A stretch of 34,955 bases of DNA, taken from UHGV virus genome UHGV-0055450; one strand, given 5' to 3'. Below the pieces are notes generated by a model that did not search any database, had not been told where the DNA came from, and worked only from the letters and a program-made list of their open reading frames with translations. The position numbers and the translations under genes are program-made. The stretch comes from a virus. Shown here piece after piece: positions 25,309 to 34,455 of the stretch. Each line of letters starts with the position of its first letter. The first letter of the stretch is position 1.

Positions 25309-28055
25309 TGCCTGTTGTTCCTACTACATCCGGACGCCAGGTGCAAAGTCGTGGTGTGCAAACCGGTGGTTTTCAGACCTTCGATGTTCCTCAAGCAGGT
25401 CAGGTGCTGGCGAATGTCGCAGATCAGTATGCGGTGGCATATGGTGAAGCTAGGCAGAAAGCGAATGTTGCTATGGCCCAGGAGGCGTTACTGCAATTTA
25501 ACCAATTTGCAGATGACCAGATTAACAACCCTGAAAATGGGCTGATTTCTAAACAGGGTAAAAACGCTCTTGGTCAGAGTGACGCTGTTATGAAAAATAT
25601 GCAGGAAAGGGCTCAGGCATTATTAGGCTCAATTCCTGAAAGTGAGGAAAGGAATAAATTATCCTTTCAACTCCAGCAGTCTATGCAGTCTTATTACAAT
25701 CAGGCACGTCGATATGAAGTTGGGCAGTTTCAGCAATTCCAAGATCAAACGTATTTGTCAGGAAATGCATTGGCTGTCACTCAGTCTGCGGGGCTATATA
25801 GCGATAACCAAGCATTTGTCGATTTAGCCAAGCAGCGATTTGAATCTATTGATCAATACGCTGATGCGCATGGGCTTCCTGATGAGTGGCGTGTTCAGCA
25901 GAAAACTCAGCTCAAGGAACAAATGGGGCAGCAAGCATGGATAGGAAATATCGCTCAAAAATACAACGAGTTTCTTCAGGTTAATGGAGAGCCAGGGGAT
26001 CTTGATGGTGTGAGTCGTGCAATATCACATGGTAATTCATTGGATGCTCGTGGTTTACGTAATAATAACCCTGGTAATATTGAAGCGAGCAAATCTAACC
26101 CGTGGGAAGGTCAGATCGGTAGTGATGGACGTTTTGCAACGTTTGCTACCCCTGAGCATGGAATCCGCGCGTTGGGTAAAAATATGTTGTCTTACCAGCG
26201 TCAAGGCTATGACACCGTTAGCGAGATTGTTAATCGCTATGCTCCGGCTAGTGATGGTAATAATACTGATGCTTATATTAGGGCATTGTGTAGTGAGCTT
26301 GGTGTTGGGGAGAATGATCAGCTTGATATCTCTAACCCAAAGACACTAGCTGCTTTATGTGCTGGGATTATTAAACACGAAAATGGCAGTATGCCTTATA
26401 GCACCGAACAGCTTGAAACTGGTATCTCGGCAGCCCTTGGTCTAACTAACCTTGATTCACCTAAGCGTTATACTGGCAATGCGGCATTTGACGCTATGAG
26501 CCCTCAAATGCAAATACAGGCATTGAGGCAGGCTAATGAGCTGAGAAATCAGTACCGCCAGCAGTATGCGGACCAGCTTAGCACCGTAGTTAAAGATGCA
26601 TATTCAGCCCTTGATGAAGGATTGAAACCTGAGAAGTTACCTTCTGAGGACGATTTTATCCGGGCCAATGGTCCGCGCATTGGCGCTATGAAGTGGAAGG
26701 ATATGCAGGCGCAGATACAATATGGAGGTGTCATTGGTGCCGCTAAAGACCTCACTCCAGAAGGACGACAAGACATTCTTGAACGTTTACGTCCACAGGA
26801 TCCAAATGTTCCTGGATTTGCAGCTAACCAGCAACGCTGGGAGAAAATGCAGGCCAAATTTAAAGAGATGGATAGGGAGTGGGAGATTCAGCAGGGAAGA
26901 AACAGGTTCGTGTCTTCAATGCAAAATAACTTCCCGCTGGACCCTAACGACAAAAACAATCAGGCAGCGGTAGACCGTTATTTCGCGCAGGATATCGCGC
27001 CTTCGTTTTCCATATCTGATCCGCAGAGCATCAATACACTGGTCACCGTCACAACTAAAAGCGGCATGATACCAACTCAGGTTAAAACAATGCTTAACAG
27101 TGGAGCAACATCAAGAGATCCTGCGCTGGTTGTCCCGATGGCAAAATTCTACGGTCAGTTATTCGATAATAATCCGGCGGCAGCGGCAACACTTGATAAA
27201 AGTACGATGGCATTTTACGGCAAGGTTTACGATTATTCCCGCGCTGGCGTGCCGGAGGATAAGGCTGTTGATATGGCTTACAGCCAGGTGTTCCAACAGG
27301 ATGACCGAATGAAACAGATGCTTTCCACTGCCATGCGAGACAAAAAATATGTCGCGGCGAGGGCAACTGCTGCACAAAATAACGCCAGCAGTCTGACTTC
27401 CTTTGGTTCGTGGTCTCCGGATATTACCGATCCAGGAAAATCAAATGCGGCCTATCAGCGAGATTACCAGACAATTTACGATGCTAACTTTGTACAGACA
27501 GGTGGCGATGCAGAACAGGCTGAGAAAATGACCAATGCCATGATCAGAACCACCTGGGGAGTTTCTACAGTTAATGGCAAAGCAGAGGTTATGAAGTATG
27601 CACCTGAGGCATTGTACGGAGTAAATAATGGTGCTGGTAACTGGATACAGGGGCAGTGGGAGCAGGAAAAACGCGAGCTTAAATCAAAATCCTTTGGCGG
27701 TCCTCGCAGTGATACGGACTTAATACTTGTTTCTGATGGCCTTACGGCAAGGGATAGGAGTTATGCTGTTATGGTTTTACAGCCTGACGCAAACGGAGCG
27801 ATAGAACCGAGAAATTATATTGGAGAAAATGGTCTCCCTGTTCGTTTCAAGCCGGATCAGCTGACATCTCCAATGTACAGGCAAACCATTCAGTTCCAGC
27901 AACAGCGTGTTGATGAGGCTAGAGTGCGGAGAGAAGGCAATCCGCTGCCGCAGTTCAGCAATAAAGATGGATATACTCCTCCAGATCTGACCAAACCATT
28001 CGGTTATGGTTCAGCCAATTACCTTCCGAGCAATATATACGCAGGGGGCAAATAA
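25308..28055 (+). CDS. Internal virion (core/ejection) protein, gp15-like, with a possible cell-wall hydrolase-like segment
   Basis: 915 aa with AGGAGG RBS; the segment LRNNNPGNIEASKSNPWEGQIGSDGRFATFATPEHGIRALGKNM resembles motifs in virion-associated murein hydrolases; this is inference. Confidence 0.55.
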   Translation: MPVVPTTSGRQVQSRGVQTGGFQTFDVPQAGQVLANVADQYAVAYGEARQKANVAMAQEALLQFNQFADDQINNPENGLISKQGKNALGQSDAVMKNMQERAQALLGSIPESEERNKLSFQLQQSMQSYYNQARRYEVGQFQQFQDQTYLSGNALAVTQSAGLYSDNQAFVDLAKQRFESIDQYADAHGLPDEWRVQQKTQLKEQMGQQAWIGNIAQKYNEFLQVNGEPGDLDGVSRAISHGNSLDARGLRNNNPGNIEASKSNPWEGQIGSDGRFATFATPEHGIRALGKNMLSYQRQGYDTVSEIVNRYAPASDGNNTDAYIRALCSELGVGENDQLDISNPKTLAALCAGIIKHENGSMPYSTEQLETGISAALGLTNLDSPKRYTGNAAFDAMSPQMQIQALRQANELRNQYRQQYADQLSTVVKDAYSALDEGLKPEKLPSEDDFIRANGPRIGAMKWKDMQAQIQYGGVIGAAKDLTPEGRQDILERLRPQDPNVPGFAANQQRWEKMQAKFKEMDREWEIQQGRNRFVSSMQNNFPLDPNDKNNQAAVDRYFAQDIAPSFSISDPQSINTLVTVTTKSGMIPTQVKTMLNSGATSRDPALVVPMAKFYGQLFDNNPAAAATLDKSTMAFYGKVYDYSRAGVPEDKAVDMAYSQVFQQDDRMKQMLSTAMRDKKYVAARATAAQNNASSLTSFGSWSPDITDPGKSNAAYQRDYQTIYDANFVQTGGDAEQAEKMTNAMIRTTWGVSTVNGKAEVMKYAPEALYGVNNGAGNWIQGQWEQEKRELKSKSFGGPRSDTDLILVSDGLTARDRSYAVMVLQPDANGAIEPRNYIGENGLPVRFKPDQLTSPMYRQTIQFQQQRVDEARVRREGNPLPQFSNKDGYTPPDLTKPFGYGSANYLPSNIYAGGK

Positions 28056-31000
28056 TGCCGATATATGAACAGGATCCTAAAGAGTTGCTTGGCGAGGATA
28101 TTCAGCAAATAGCAGCACCTGATGACAGTAATTTCTATATGGAAACACCTTCTTTGCTTTCTGCTGTGAACCCATTTACCAGTGAGCAACGCGTTCAAAG
28201 GTCTAGACAAGCAGCATTTCGTATAGATAACACGCTGGGTAGCTTTATTGCCAGTGCTCCTTTCAGTCAGTTTGACAGGGTTGAAGGATATAACCCATTT
28301 GATAACGATGCAGCAGATATTAAAGGCTATGAAGATTTTGCAGATTCGTTTATCAACTCCGGTTCGCATGAAGAAACAATGGCAATTAAACATCGAATCG
28401 ATAAGCAAAGAACAGATAGAGAATATCTATCTGAAATGGGTGGTGCTGGTACTATTTCAAGCTTAGCAATGGGAATGATAGACCCGGTTAATGTGGCTGC
28501 AATGTTCATCCCTGTAGGGGCGGTAGCGCGTGGAGGAAGTATTGCTGAGACGGCAGGGCGTTTTGCCCTGGCGAATGCTGCTGGTGGGGGAGTATCAGAA
28601 GCCGCATTACAGGCCACTCAGGAAGCTCGCTCACCGATGGAGAGCGTATCGAACGTTGTTGTTGATGCTCTCGTTGGTGGGATCCTTGGTGCTGGTGCAC
28701 AGCTACTTGCTGGACCTAGCGCGCGCGAGGCAGTGGTTAACTCAGTAGGTAATCATTTGCGAGGTATGGATTCTCCTCAAAGCATTGGTGCAGCTCAGGT
28801 TTTCAATACCACACTCGATCAGGAACAGCTCGCTGGACTTGGACTTGCTAACAAAACGTTGAGTGTCACTCCTGCTGGCCGCTTGGCGCAATCACCATCT
28901 CTTGTCTCCCGTCAGATTAACCAGCAGCTTGCCGAAAATAACTATTTCTTCGCCAAAAATGATGAGGGGTTGGCTACGTTTACGGCAGTCGAGACTAAGA
29001 TTAAGCAATACGACGCCATGCTTTATAAGCAGATGGAAGCTACTCGTGATGCTTACCAGCAGTACAGCAAATCTGTCAGCGCCCGCGGCGTGAAGAGGAT
29101 GAACTTTATTGATTTCAATGAAGCTGTTGGCATGGCTATGCGCCGTGGTGATCAGAGTGATATTCCTGAGGTTTCACAAGCAGCCGCCAGAATCCGCCCC
29201 ATTTTTGAGACCACAAAAGCCCGTATGCAGGAATTGGGGATCCTTCCTGAGGATATCGATGTCGTGACGGCGAAGAGTTATCTTCCCCGCATTTATAAGT
29301 TCGATAAGATACTTTCCGACCGCACTGAATTCAGAGGGCGAATTGCCAACTGGATACAAGGGATTAGTGCCAAAGGTGCTGACAAAGCAGGTCAGCGAAT
29401 TGAAAAGATAAATTCATTGCTAAAAACTGCAGAGGAATCAGCACCGCGCGCTGATGCTCTCGCTAGTGAAATCGCTGAAGCGGAGAAATGGTCTGGTAAA
29501 AAAATTCTACTCATGGAAGAACTGGATAAACGAAATAAGCTTATATCTCAGGAGACTGACACACAGGCGCGTCTTACAAGAATAGAAAAAGAGTTGGCCG
29601 AGACTTCATCAGAAAAACTTCAGGCAAGAATGATGAAAGAAAGCTCTGACCTTAAAACACGCCTTGATGATATAGCGCAGGCAAAGAGTGAGCTTCCTGT
29701 CTATCAGCGCCATATGGAGTTGCTGGATAATCCACGGAAATATCGTTCTGAGCTTCGCCGACTGCAAAAACGGGCAAATTCAACCACAAGGCTGAATGCA
29801 AGCCGCGAGCGAGCACTGAAGCAGATGGAGCCTCTATCCCGAGAGGAAGCAGAGGACGCTGCTGACGAGATCGTGAATAAAATAATAGGCGCACCTTCCG
29901 GGCTTGTACCAGCCGATATTATCCCAGAGAGACTCGTTGGTCGGGCTGGTTTCACTAAAAGCAGAACGCTGCTTATTCCTGATGAGCGTATAGAAGATTT
30001 TCTTGAATCAGATGTTAACTACATCATGGAAAGTTATCTCCGGCAGGTGGCACCAGAAATTGAGCTGACTGCGCAGTTTGGCCGTAAAGATATGGGGGAG
30101 CAAATCCGTCAGGTTAGTGAGGAATATACCCGGCTAATAAAAGAGGCTAAAACACCTAAACGACGTGCAGTTCTTGAGAAGCAACGGGAGGCTGATATTA
30201 GGGATATTACGGCTATGCGTGATCGACTGCTTGGTACTTACGGTGCACCTCAAGATCCACGCAGTTTCTTTGTTCGTGCCGGGCGAGTTGCTAGGAATAT
30301 TAACTTCCTCCGTTTGCTTGGTGGAATGACTGTCTCCGCTGCAACTGATCTGATGCGACCGATGATGCAGCATGGCCTGAGAAAATCTCTCGGACCAATG
30401 GTAAGCATGCTTAAAAATATGGACTCAGTAAAAATTGCAACCAGGGATTTGCGAGAAATGGCAGTTGGGCTTGATTATGTCCTGTCTACGCGTACAAAGG
30501 CTATAGCGGATCTTACTGACCCCTATAGCCGGAGAAGCGCCGCTGAGCGAGGTCTGAACTGGATGACGCAGAAATTCGGTAACTGGACGCTGATGAATCA
30601 GTGGAACAGCGCACTTAAATCATGGTCTGGGATGATAGTGCAGTCGAGGATACTTGACGCGGCTCGCCAAGTTTCTGCTGGTGGCACGCTCTCCAAAAGT
30701 GAAATGCGGAAGATGGCACAGGTCGGCATCAATGAAGATGTTCTGCGCCGAATCGGGGAGCAATTCGGGAAGCACGGAGAGGATATGGACGGGCTGTTAA
30801 CCGGGCATAGTCATCTGTGGGATGACCGTTTCGCTAGAGAGATTTTCCAGTCTGCAGTGCTGAAAGATGTAGACTCAGTGATTGTAACGCCTGGCGTAGG
30901 TGATACACCGCTGTTTTTTAGTAAAGAAGGCTGGAAGATGATCACGCAGTTCAAAACGTTTATCTTCGCACAGCATAACAGGGTGCTGGTATCTGGTATC

Positions 31001-31444
31001 CAGCAGGGCGATGCTGCATTCTATCTTGGTGCGCTTGGCACGATTGCGCTTGGCTCAATGGTCTATATGATGAAACAGAAGTTAAGCGGTCGCGATATCG
31101 ACTACAGCTGGAATAACCTTGTGAAAGAGGGGATCGACCGGGGCGGAATGCTTGGCTGGCTCTCTGAGCCGCTGAATACCGTTGAGAACATAAGCGGCGG
31201 TAGGTTTGGTCTTGGCGCGATGTTTGGTGCGCCTCCGGTATCAAGGTTTCAGAGTCGTAATGCTATTGGTGCTTTACTTGGTCCTACCTTTGATCTTGGC
31301 GGTGATGCCGCGACGGTTGCAAATGGTGTACTTAACGGAGAATTTGACAGCCAGCAAACCCACGCTGTCCGTAAAATGCTACCTTTTCAGAATCTGTGGG
31401 CGATATCACCATTACTAAATAAAGTTGAAGAGCAGATGAAATAG
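28055..31444 (+). CDS. Large internal virion / DNA-ejection protein, gp16-like
   Basis: 1129 aa with long coiled-coil stretches; last gene of the core block before the cargo genes. Confidence 0.55.
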   Translation: MPIYEQDPKELLGEDIQQIAAPDDSNFYMETPSLLSAVNPFTSEQRVQRSRQAAFRIDNTLGSFIASAPFSQFDRVEGYNPFDNDAADIKGYEDFADSFINSGSHEETMAIKHRIDKQRTDREYLSEMGGAGTISSLAMGMIDPVNVAAMFIPVGAVARGGSIAETAGRFALANAAGGGVSEAALQATQEARSPMESVSNVVVDALVGGILGAGAQLLAGPSAREAVVNSVGNHLRGMDSPQSIGAAQVFNTTLDQEQLAGLGLANKTLSVTPAGRLAQSPSLVSRQINQQLAENNYFFAKNDEGLATFTAVETKIKQYDAMLYKQMEATRDAYQQYSKSVSARGVKRMNFIDFNEAVGMAMRRGDQSDIPEVSQAAARIRPIFETTKARMQELGILPEDIDVVTAKSYLPRIYKFDKILSDRTEFRGRIANWIQGISAKGADKAGQRIEKINSLLKTAEESAPRADALASEIAEAEKWSGKKILLMEELDKRNKLISQETDTQARLTRIEKELAETSSEKLQARMMKESSDLKTRLDDIAQAKSELPVYQRHMELLDNPRKYRSELRRLQKRANSTTRLNASRERALKQMEPLSREEAEDAADEIVNKIIGAPSGLVPADIIPERLVGRAGFTKSRTLLIPDERIEDFLESDVNYIMESYLRQVAPEIELTAQFGRKDMGEQIRQVSEEYTRLIKEAKTPKRRAVLEKQREADIRDITAMRDRLLGTYGAPQDPRSFFVRAGRVARNINFLRLLGGMTVSAATDLMRPMMQHGLRKSLGPMVSMLKNMDSVKIATRDLREMAVGLDYVLSTRTKAIADLTDPYSRRSAAERGLNWMTQKFGNWTLMNQWNSALKSWSGMIVQSRILDAARQVSAGGTLSKSEMRKMAQVGINEDVLRRIGEQFGKHGEDMDGLLTGHSHLWDDRFAREIFQSAVLKDVDSVIVTPGVGDTPLFFSKEGWKMITQFKTFIFAQHNRVLVSGIQQGDAAFYLGALGTIALGSMVYMMKQKLSGRDIDYSWNNLVKEGIDRGGMLGWLSEPLNTVENISGGRFGLGAMFGAPPVSRFQSRNAIGALLGPTFDLGGDAATVANGVLNGEFDSQQTHAVRKMLPFQNLWAISPLLNKVEEQMK

Positions 31445-31445
31445 G

Positions 31446-32297
31446 ATGAAAAAAATAAATTTGTTTTTTGGCATAGTGCTTTCAATAGTCTCTGTAAATC
31501 CTACAGCTGCCAGTTCATTGCAATGCAATAAGGATAACTTTGATGCATGCAAAACGTGCGAACAATTATCAAAGGCTATCGACTTAAAAGAACCTAATCG
31601 TGGCGATTACTATAGAGGGGCTTTATGGAATGGGCTTTACGCCTCTTATGTAATTAATTGCCCTGTGGTTGCAGAGAAGTTACTGAGCCATGGTGCTATA
31701 CCATCATATGGCGGATATATGGGGTCTATGGGGGCGGTTCTGACAGGAAAATGGCCTCATAACAATGAATCAATAAATCTTTCATGGGCAGATTTGCTTA
31801 TAAAACATGGATTTGATGTTAATAGGCATACGGGGAATTATAAATCAGCTACTGAAGTATGGGCTATAGATAAAAAACAGATTGAATATAAGTCAGTTTT
31901 TGACAAGTTAATTCAATCCAGCGAAGTAAAACCACTCGATCCTTCAAGAAATTTAGAATGGTGTGCGTCTGAAGGGTATCGCTCAGTTGTCGTTTATTCC
32001 CTTAACTCATGTATAGAAAATGCTATAAAACGTTTGGATGACGGTGTTTCTTCAGCGTCTGATATTTCATCAGCAGCCGTAAATTCCTGTACTAGCGATG
32101 TAGAAAATTTCAATAAGCATTTGGCATGCAAAGCAGCTGTTAAAGAAAACTCTGATAAAGAGAGAAGCAACGTTTACCAGTTATTAACCAGTGATAGTCA
32201 AATGAATAAAAATGTTATTGATATGCTGAAGGAAAGAAATATTGAAACGGTTCTTGAATTTAGAGCTGAAAATCGATCAGCGAAAACTGCACAGTGA
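31446..32297 (+). CDS. Secreted Cys-rich cargo protein with possible ankyrin-like repeats
   Basis: Signal-peptide-like N-terminus MKKINLFFGIVLSIVSVNPTAASS; ankyrin-like segments VAEKLLSHGAIPS and ADLLIKHGFDVNRHTG; visibly AT-rich relative to flanking phage genes; own terminator. Confidence 0.6.
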   Translation: MKKINLFFGIVLSIVSVNPTAASSLQCNKDNFDACKTCEQLSKAIDLKEPNRGDYYRGALWNGLYASYVINCPVVAEKLLSHGAIPSYGGYMGSMGAVLTGKWPHNNESINLSWADLLIKHGFDVNRHTGNYKSATEVWAIDKKQIEYKSVFDKLIQSSEVKPLDPSRNLEWCASEGYRSVVVYSLNSCIENAIKRLDDGVSSASDISSAAVNSCTSDVENFNKHLACKAAVKENSDKERSNVYQLLTSDSQMNKNVIDMLKERNIETVLEFRAENRSAKTAQ

Positions 32298-32310
32298 TCA
32301 AACAGGCCGC

Positions 32311-32335
32311 TTTCGCGGCCTTGTTTTTAACGAAT
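32311..32335 (+). terminator. Rho-independent terminator for the secreted-protein gene
   Basis: AGGCCGC-(TTTC)-GCGGCCT followed by TGTTTTT. Confidence 0.65.
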
Positions 32336-32375
32336 GCCACCGCCGCCTGGGTGGGAATCCGCAGACACAAAAAAG

Positions 32376-32396
32376 CCCGCGCCGCGGGCTATTCTT
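32376..32396 (-). terminator. Rho-independent terminator for the convergent leftward gene
   Basis: Minus strand reads GCCCGC-(GGC)-GCGGGC followed by TTTTTT. Confidence 0.6.
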
Positions 32397-32829
32397 CTTC
32401 ATCATAAAAAAGCGGATTGTCGTTTCCATCTGATGAAAGGAAAGGTATGTGTTCTCTTGAAAATCCAACAACGACAATTTCATTATCATTTTTTGCATAA
32501 TGAATGCATTCATTAGAATGCATTCCGCCAGGGTTGAAATTTAAGTTAATGGTATAATTCTTAAATGTGTTTGGATACCATGTTGGCCCACAATGATAAT
32601 GCCAATAATTCTCTTGCTCATAATTGTCTGAGCCGGGAATTTTATCATGGTTATCATCAACCCACGATGGCTTGTTTTTTCCAACAAGCGCCCTTCCATT
32701 GGCAACATCTTCTAAAAACCTTTGTATGATTTTTATTTCATCGTCAGTAAGGAAAGGTCCGTCTACAGCGAAATGGGTGTTGCTTTCCCCATTTAGAAAA
32801 CTATTAGATATTCTAATGTTAAACTTCAA
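32389..32829 (-). CDS. Hypothetical AT-rich cargo protein (146 aa)
   Basis: TTG start with AGGAG 7 nt upstream; contains NYWHYHCGPTWYPNTF and an acidic C-terminus; convergent with the secreted-protein gene. Confidence 0.5.
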   Translation of the reverse strand: MKFNIRISNSFLNGESNTHFAVDGPFLTDDEIKIIQRFLEDVANGRALVGKNKPSWVDDNHDKIPGSDNYEQENYWHYHCGPTWYPNTFKNYTINLNFNPGGMHSNECIHYAKNDNEIVVVGFSREHIPFLSSDGNDNPLFYDEEE

Positions 32830-32849
32830 GACAAACTCCTAATGTGCTT

Positions 32850-33017
32850 CTATTTGGAGCGAAATGCCGCCTTGAAGTCGCTGAAAGATGTTCCTGTCTG
32901 GTAAACCATATCCTTGTCGCGCTCTTTGCTTGCGCGGCCAAGCATAACTTTTCCAATGACATCCCAGCATTGCTTGGCTTGTTCATTGTGCTGAGTACGA
33001 TTTTTCAACGCTGTCAT
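32850..33017 (-). CDS. Hypothetical small protein (55 aa)
   Basis: Hand-translated MTALKNRTQHNEQAKQCWDVIGKVMLGRASKERDKDMVYQTGTSFSDFKAAFRSK*; AAGGAGG lies 6 nt upstream of the ATG; below the track length cutoff. Confidence 0.4.
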   Translation of the reverse strand: MTALKNRTQHNEQAKQCWDVIGKVMLGRASKERDKDMVYQTGTSFSDFKAAFRSK

Positions 33018-33029
33018 ATCGCGCCTCCT

Positions 33030-33044
33030 TTACCTTTAAGGTAA
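33030..33044. promoter_or_regulatory. Operator palindrome overlapping the RBS of the 55-aa gene
   Basis: Perfect TTACCtttaaGGTAAtagtac; on the minus strand its half-site runs directly into the AGGAGG Shine-Dalgarno. Confidence 0.5.
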
Positions 33045-33115
33045 TAGTACGCTATTCACCCCCAGTCTGCAATCTGTACAGAATTATTTAAAGGCACGTC
33101 CCTGTGCCGCCGCCG

Positions 33116-33808
33116 TCAGAAGAACCCAGCCTTGTCGTTGATGTACTCCGCGTGTGTCTGGATATCACGCAGGCATTTGCTCACACCGACGATGTAGCAG
33201 AACATGGTGGTCAGCTCCGCCGCCGCGCCCGATACGTCGTGCCCGTCGTCCTGTAACTGGTTCAGCAGATTCATCAGCAGTGAGTTCTCCGTCAGGCCGA
33301 GAACACCAGACGGCGAATGAATCAGGCTGCGGTAGCCGGGCTTCAGCGGGGCGCTGTAGGTTTTGTTCTCTATCTTCATTGCCTGCATCACTGCTGATGC
33401 TGTGGCGTTTGCAACCTGGTCGGCAACCATCTTTATGCGTTCTTCCTGCGGGAGCGAGTTTTTAATGTAACTTCCGGTGCGGCGGATCTGAGGAAGAACC
33501 TCACCTGTAACCCATTCAAGAAATCTGAATGCTCTCGTTCCCTCAGTCATTGCCTCTTTGCAACGCAGAATAAGGATGTAGAGACCTGATTCTGAAACGA
33601 TGGATAGTTCTTGTATTCCACCAGGGGTCTGTATTGAATACAGCCCCTTTTTGTTCCAGCCTTTTTTATCAAGTTTTCTCGCTTGTGTAACATCAATATT
33701 CAAAGCATTGCACACATCTTTGGTGACAAACCAAGGTTCTCCGTCAATCATGAACATACGGATCTGGCAGGATGACTCAAAGGAAAAGATGGAAGGTTTG
33801 GTATTCAT
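33116..33808 (-). CDS. ant: Antirepressor with N-terminal Bro-N-like domain
   Basis: MNTKPSIFSFESSCQIRMFMIDGEPWFVTKDVCNALNI fits the Bro-N/antirepressor N-terminal pattern; ATG at 33808 with AAGGTGA upstream. The track ORF extends to 33853. Confidence 0.75.
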   Translation of the reverse strand: MNTKPSIFSFESSCQIRMFMIDGEPWFVTKDVCNALNIDVTQARKLDKKGWNKKGLYSIQTPGGIQELSIVSESGLYILILRCKEAMTEGTRAFRFLEWVTGEVLPQIRRTGSYIKNSLPQEERIKMVADQVANATASAVMQAMKIENKTYSAPLKPGYRSLIHSPSGVLGLTENSLLMNLLNQLQDDGHDVSGAAAELTTMFCYIVGVSKCLRDIQTHAEYINDKAGFF

Positions 33809-33962
33809 GGCGATCACCTTTGTAGTTAGGTTAATCACCACCGCTGAGACCAATCAGATGGTGGTGAACTGTGCAGAGTTGGTCTTACCGGCTACAAAGG
33901 AACCCGGCGCACCTTTCGGTGCCCCCACACAGCCCACCATAGAATAGGTGCGCTTTACACAT

Positions 33963-33981
33963 AAAAAAACCGCTTATGCGG
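33963..33981 (-). terminator. Weak rho-independent terminator upstream of ant
   Basis: Minus strand reads CCGC-ATAA-GCGG followed by seven T; short stem. Confidence 0.4.
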
Positions 33982-33994
33982 CATATGTGCCTCT

Positions 33995-34049
33995 GTAGTA
34001 ATCCGGGAGACCAATCCCGGCACTGGATTTTGCCAGTGCCCGATTACTA
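33995..34049 (-). ncRNA. Candidate structured regulatory RNA or attenuator between the two antirepressor genes
   Basis: Outer stem TAGTAATC / GATTACTA encloses two hairpins, GCACTGG-(CAAAAT)-CCAGTGC and CGGGA-(TTGGTC)-TCCCG, and is followed by the terminator at 33963-33981; no ORF. Confidence 0.25.
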
Positions 34050-34075
34050 TGGCACAAGAGGAGTGCGATGTAAAT

Positions 34076-34090
34076 TTACCGCAAAGGTAA
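34076..34090. promoter_or_regulatory. Operator palindrome between the Ant-paralog and ant
   Basis: Perfect TTACCgcaaaGGTAAatataag. Confidence 0.5.
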
Positions 34091-34121
34091 ATATAAGCAC
34101 TCCATTTGGTAATTGCAAACC

Positions 34122-34379
34122 TTATCTGGTTTGTTTTCGTAATTGTTCGGCACAATAGTCGAGATGTGTTTGCAGATCCTGCATAGACATCTGTGAGCTG
34201 GTGACGTAGTTAATCAGTGCAGTCAGTTCGGCAAGTGGGCCATCGACATTAAATCCATCCTTATCGAGATCCCGGAGTAATTTCATCAAGTGCGATCCCT
34301 CCACCAGTGACCTGACGCCTCCCGGCGTGTGAATCCTTTCGGTAAATCCGTCTTCCAGTGGATAGTGATACTGCTGCAT
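34122..34379 (-). CDS. Small protein homologous to the antirepressor C-terminal domain (about 85 aa)
   Basis: SHLMKLLRDLDKDGFNVDGPLAELTALINYVTSSQMSMQDLQTHLDYC aligns with the Ant C-terminus SLLMNLLNQLQDDGHDVSGAAAELTTMFCYIVGVSKCLRDIQTHAEYI; ATG at 34379 with GGAGAAG upstream. The track ORF extends to 34397. Confidence 0.6.
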   Translation of the reverse strand: MQQYHYPLEDGFTERIHTPGGVRSLVEGSHLMKLLRDLDKDGFNVDGPLAELTALINYVTSSQMSMQDLQTHLDYCAEQLRKQTR

Positions 34380-34398
34380 CTTATCTTCTCCATGCAAT

Positions 34399-34418
34399 AA
34401 CTGTATATTTATACAGTA
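34399..34418. promoter_or_regulatory. LexA (SOS) box in the promoter of the leftward antirepressor operon
   Basis: AACTGTATATTTATACAGTA matches the consensus TACTGTATATATATACAGTA at 18 of 20 positions with the CTGT-N8-ACAG core intact; 20 bp upstream of the 34379 start. Confidence 0.65.
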
Positions 34419-34455
34419 TCAAATAATTTGTTTGCTATCCAGCACGTTTTGCAAA

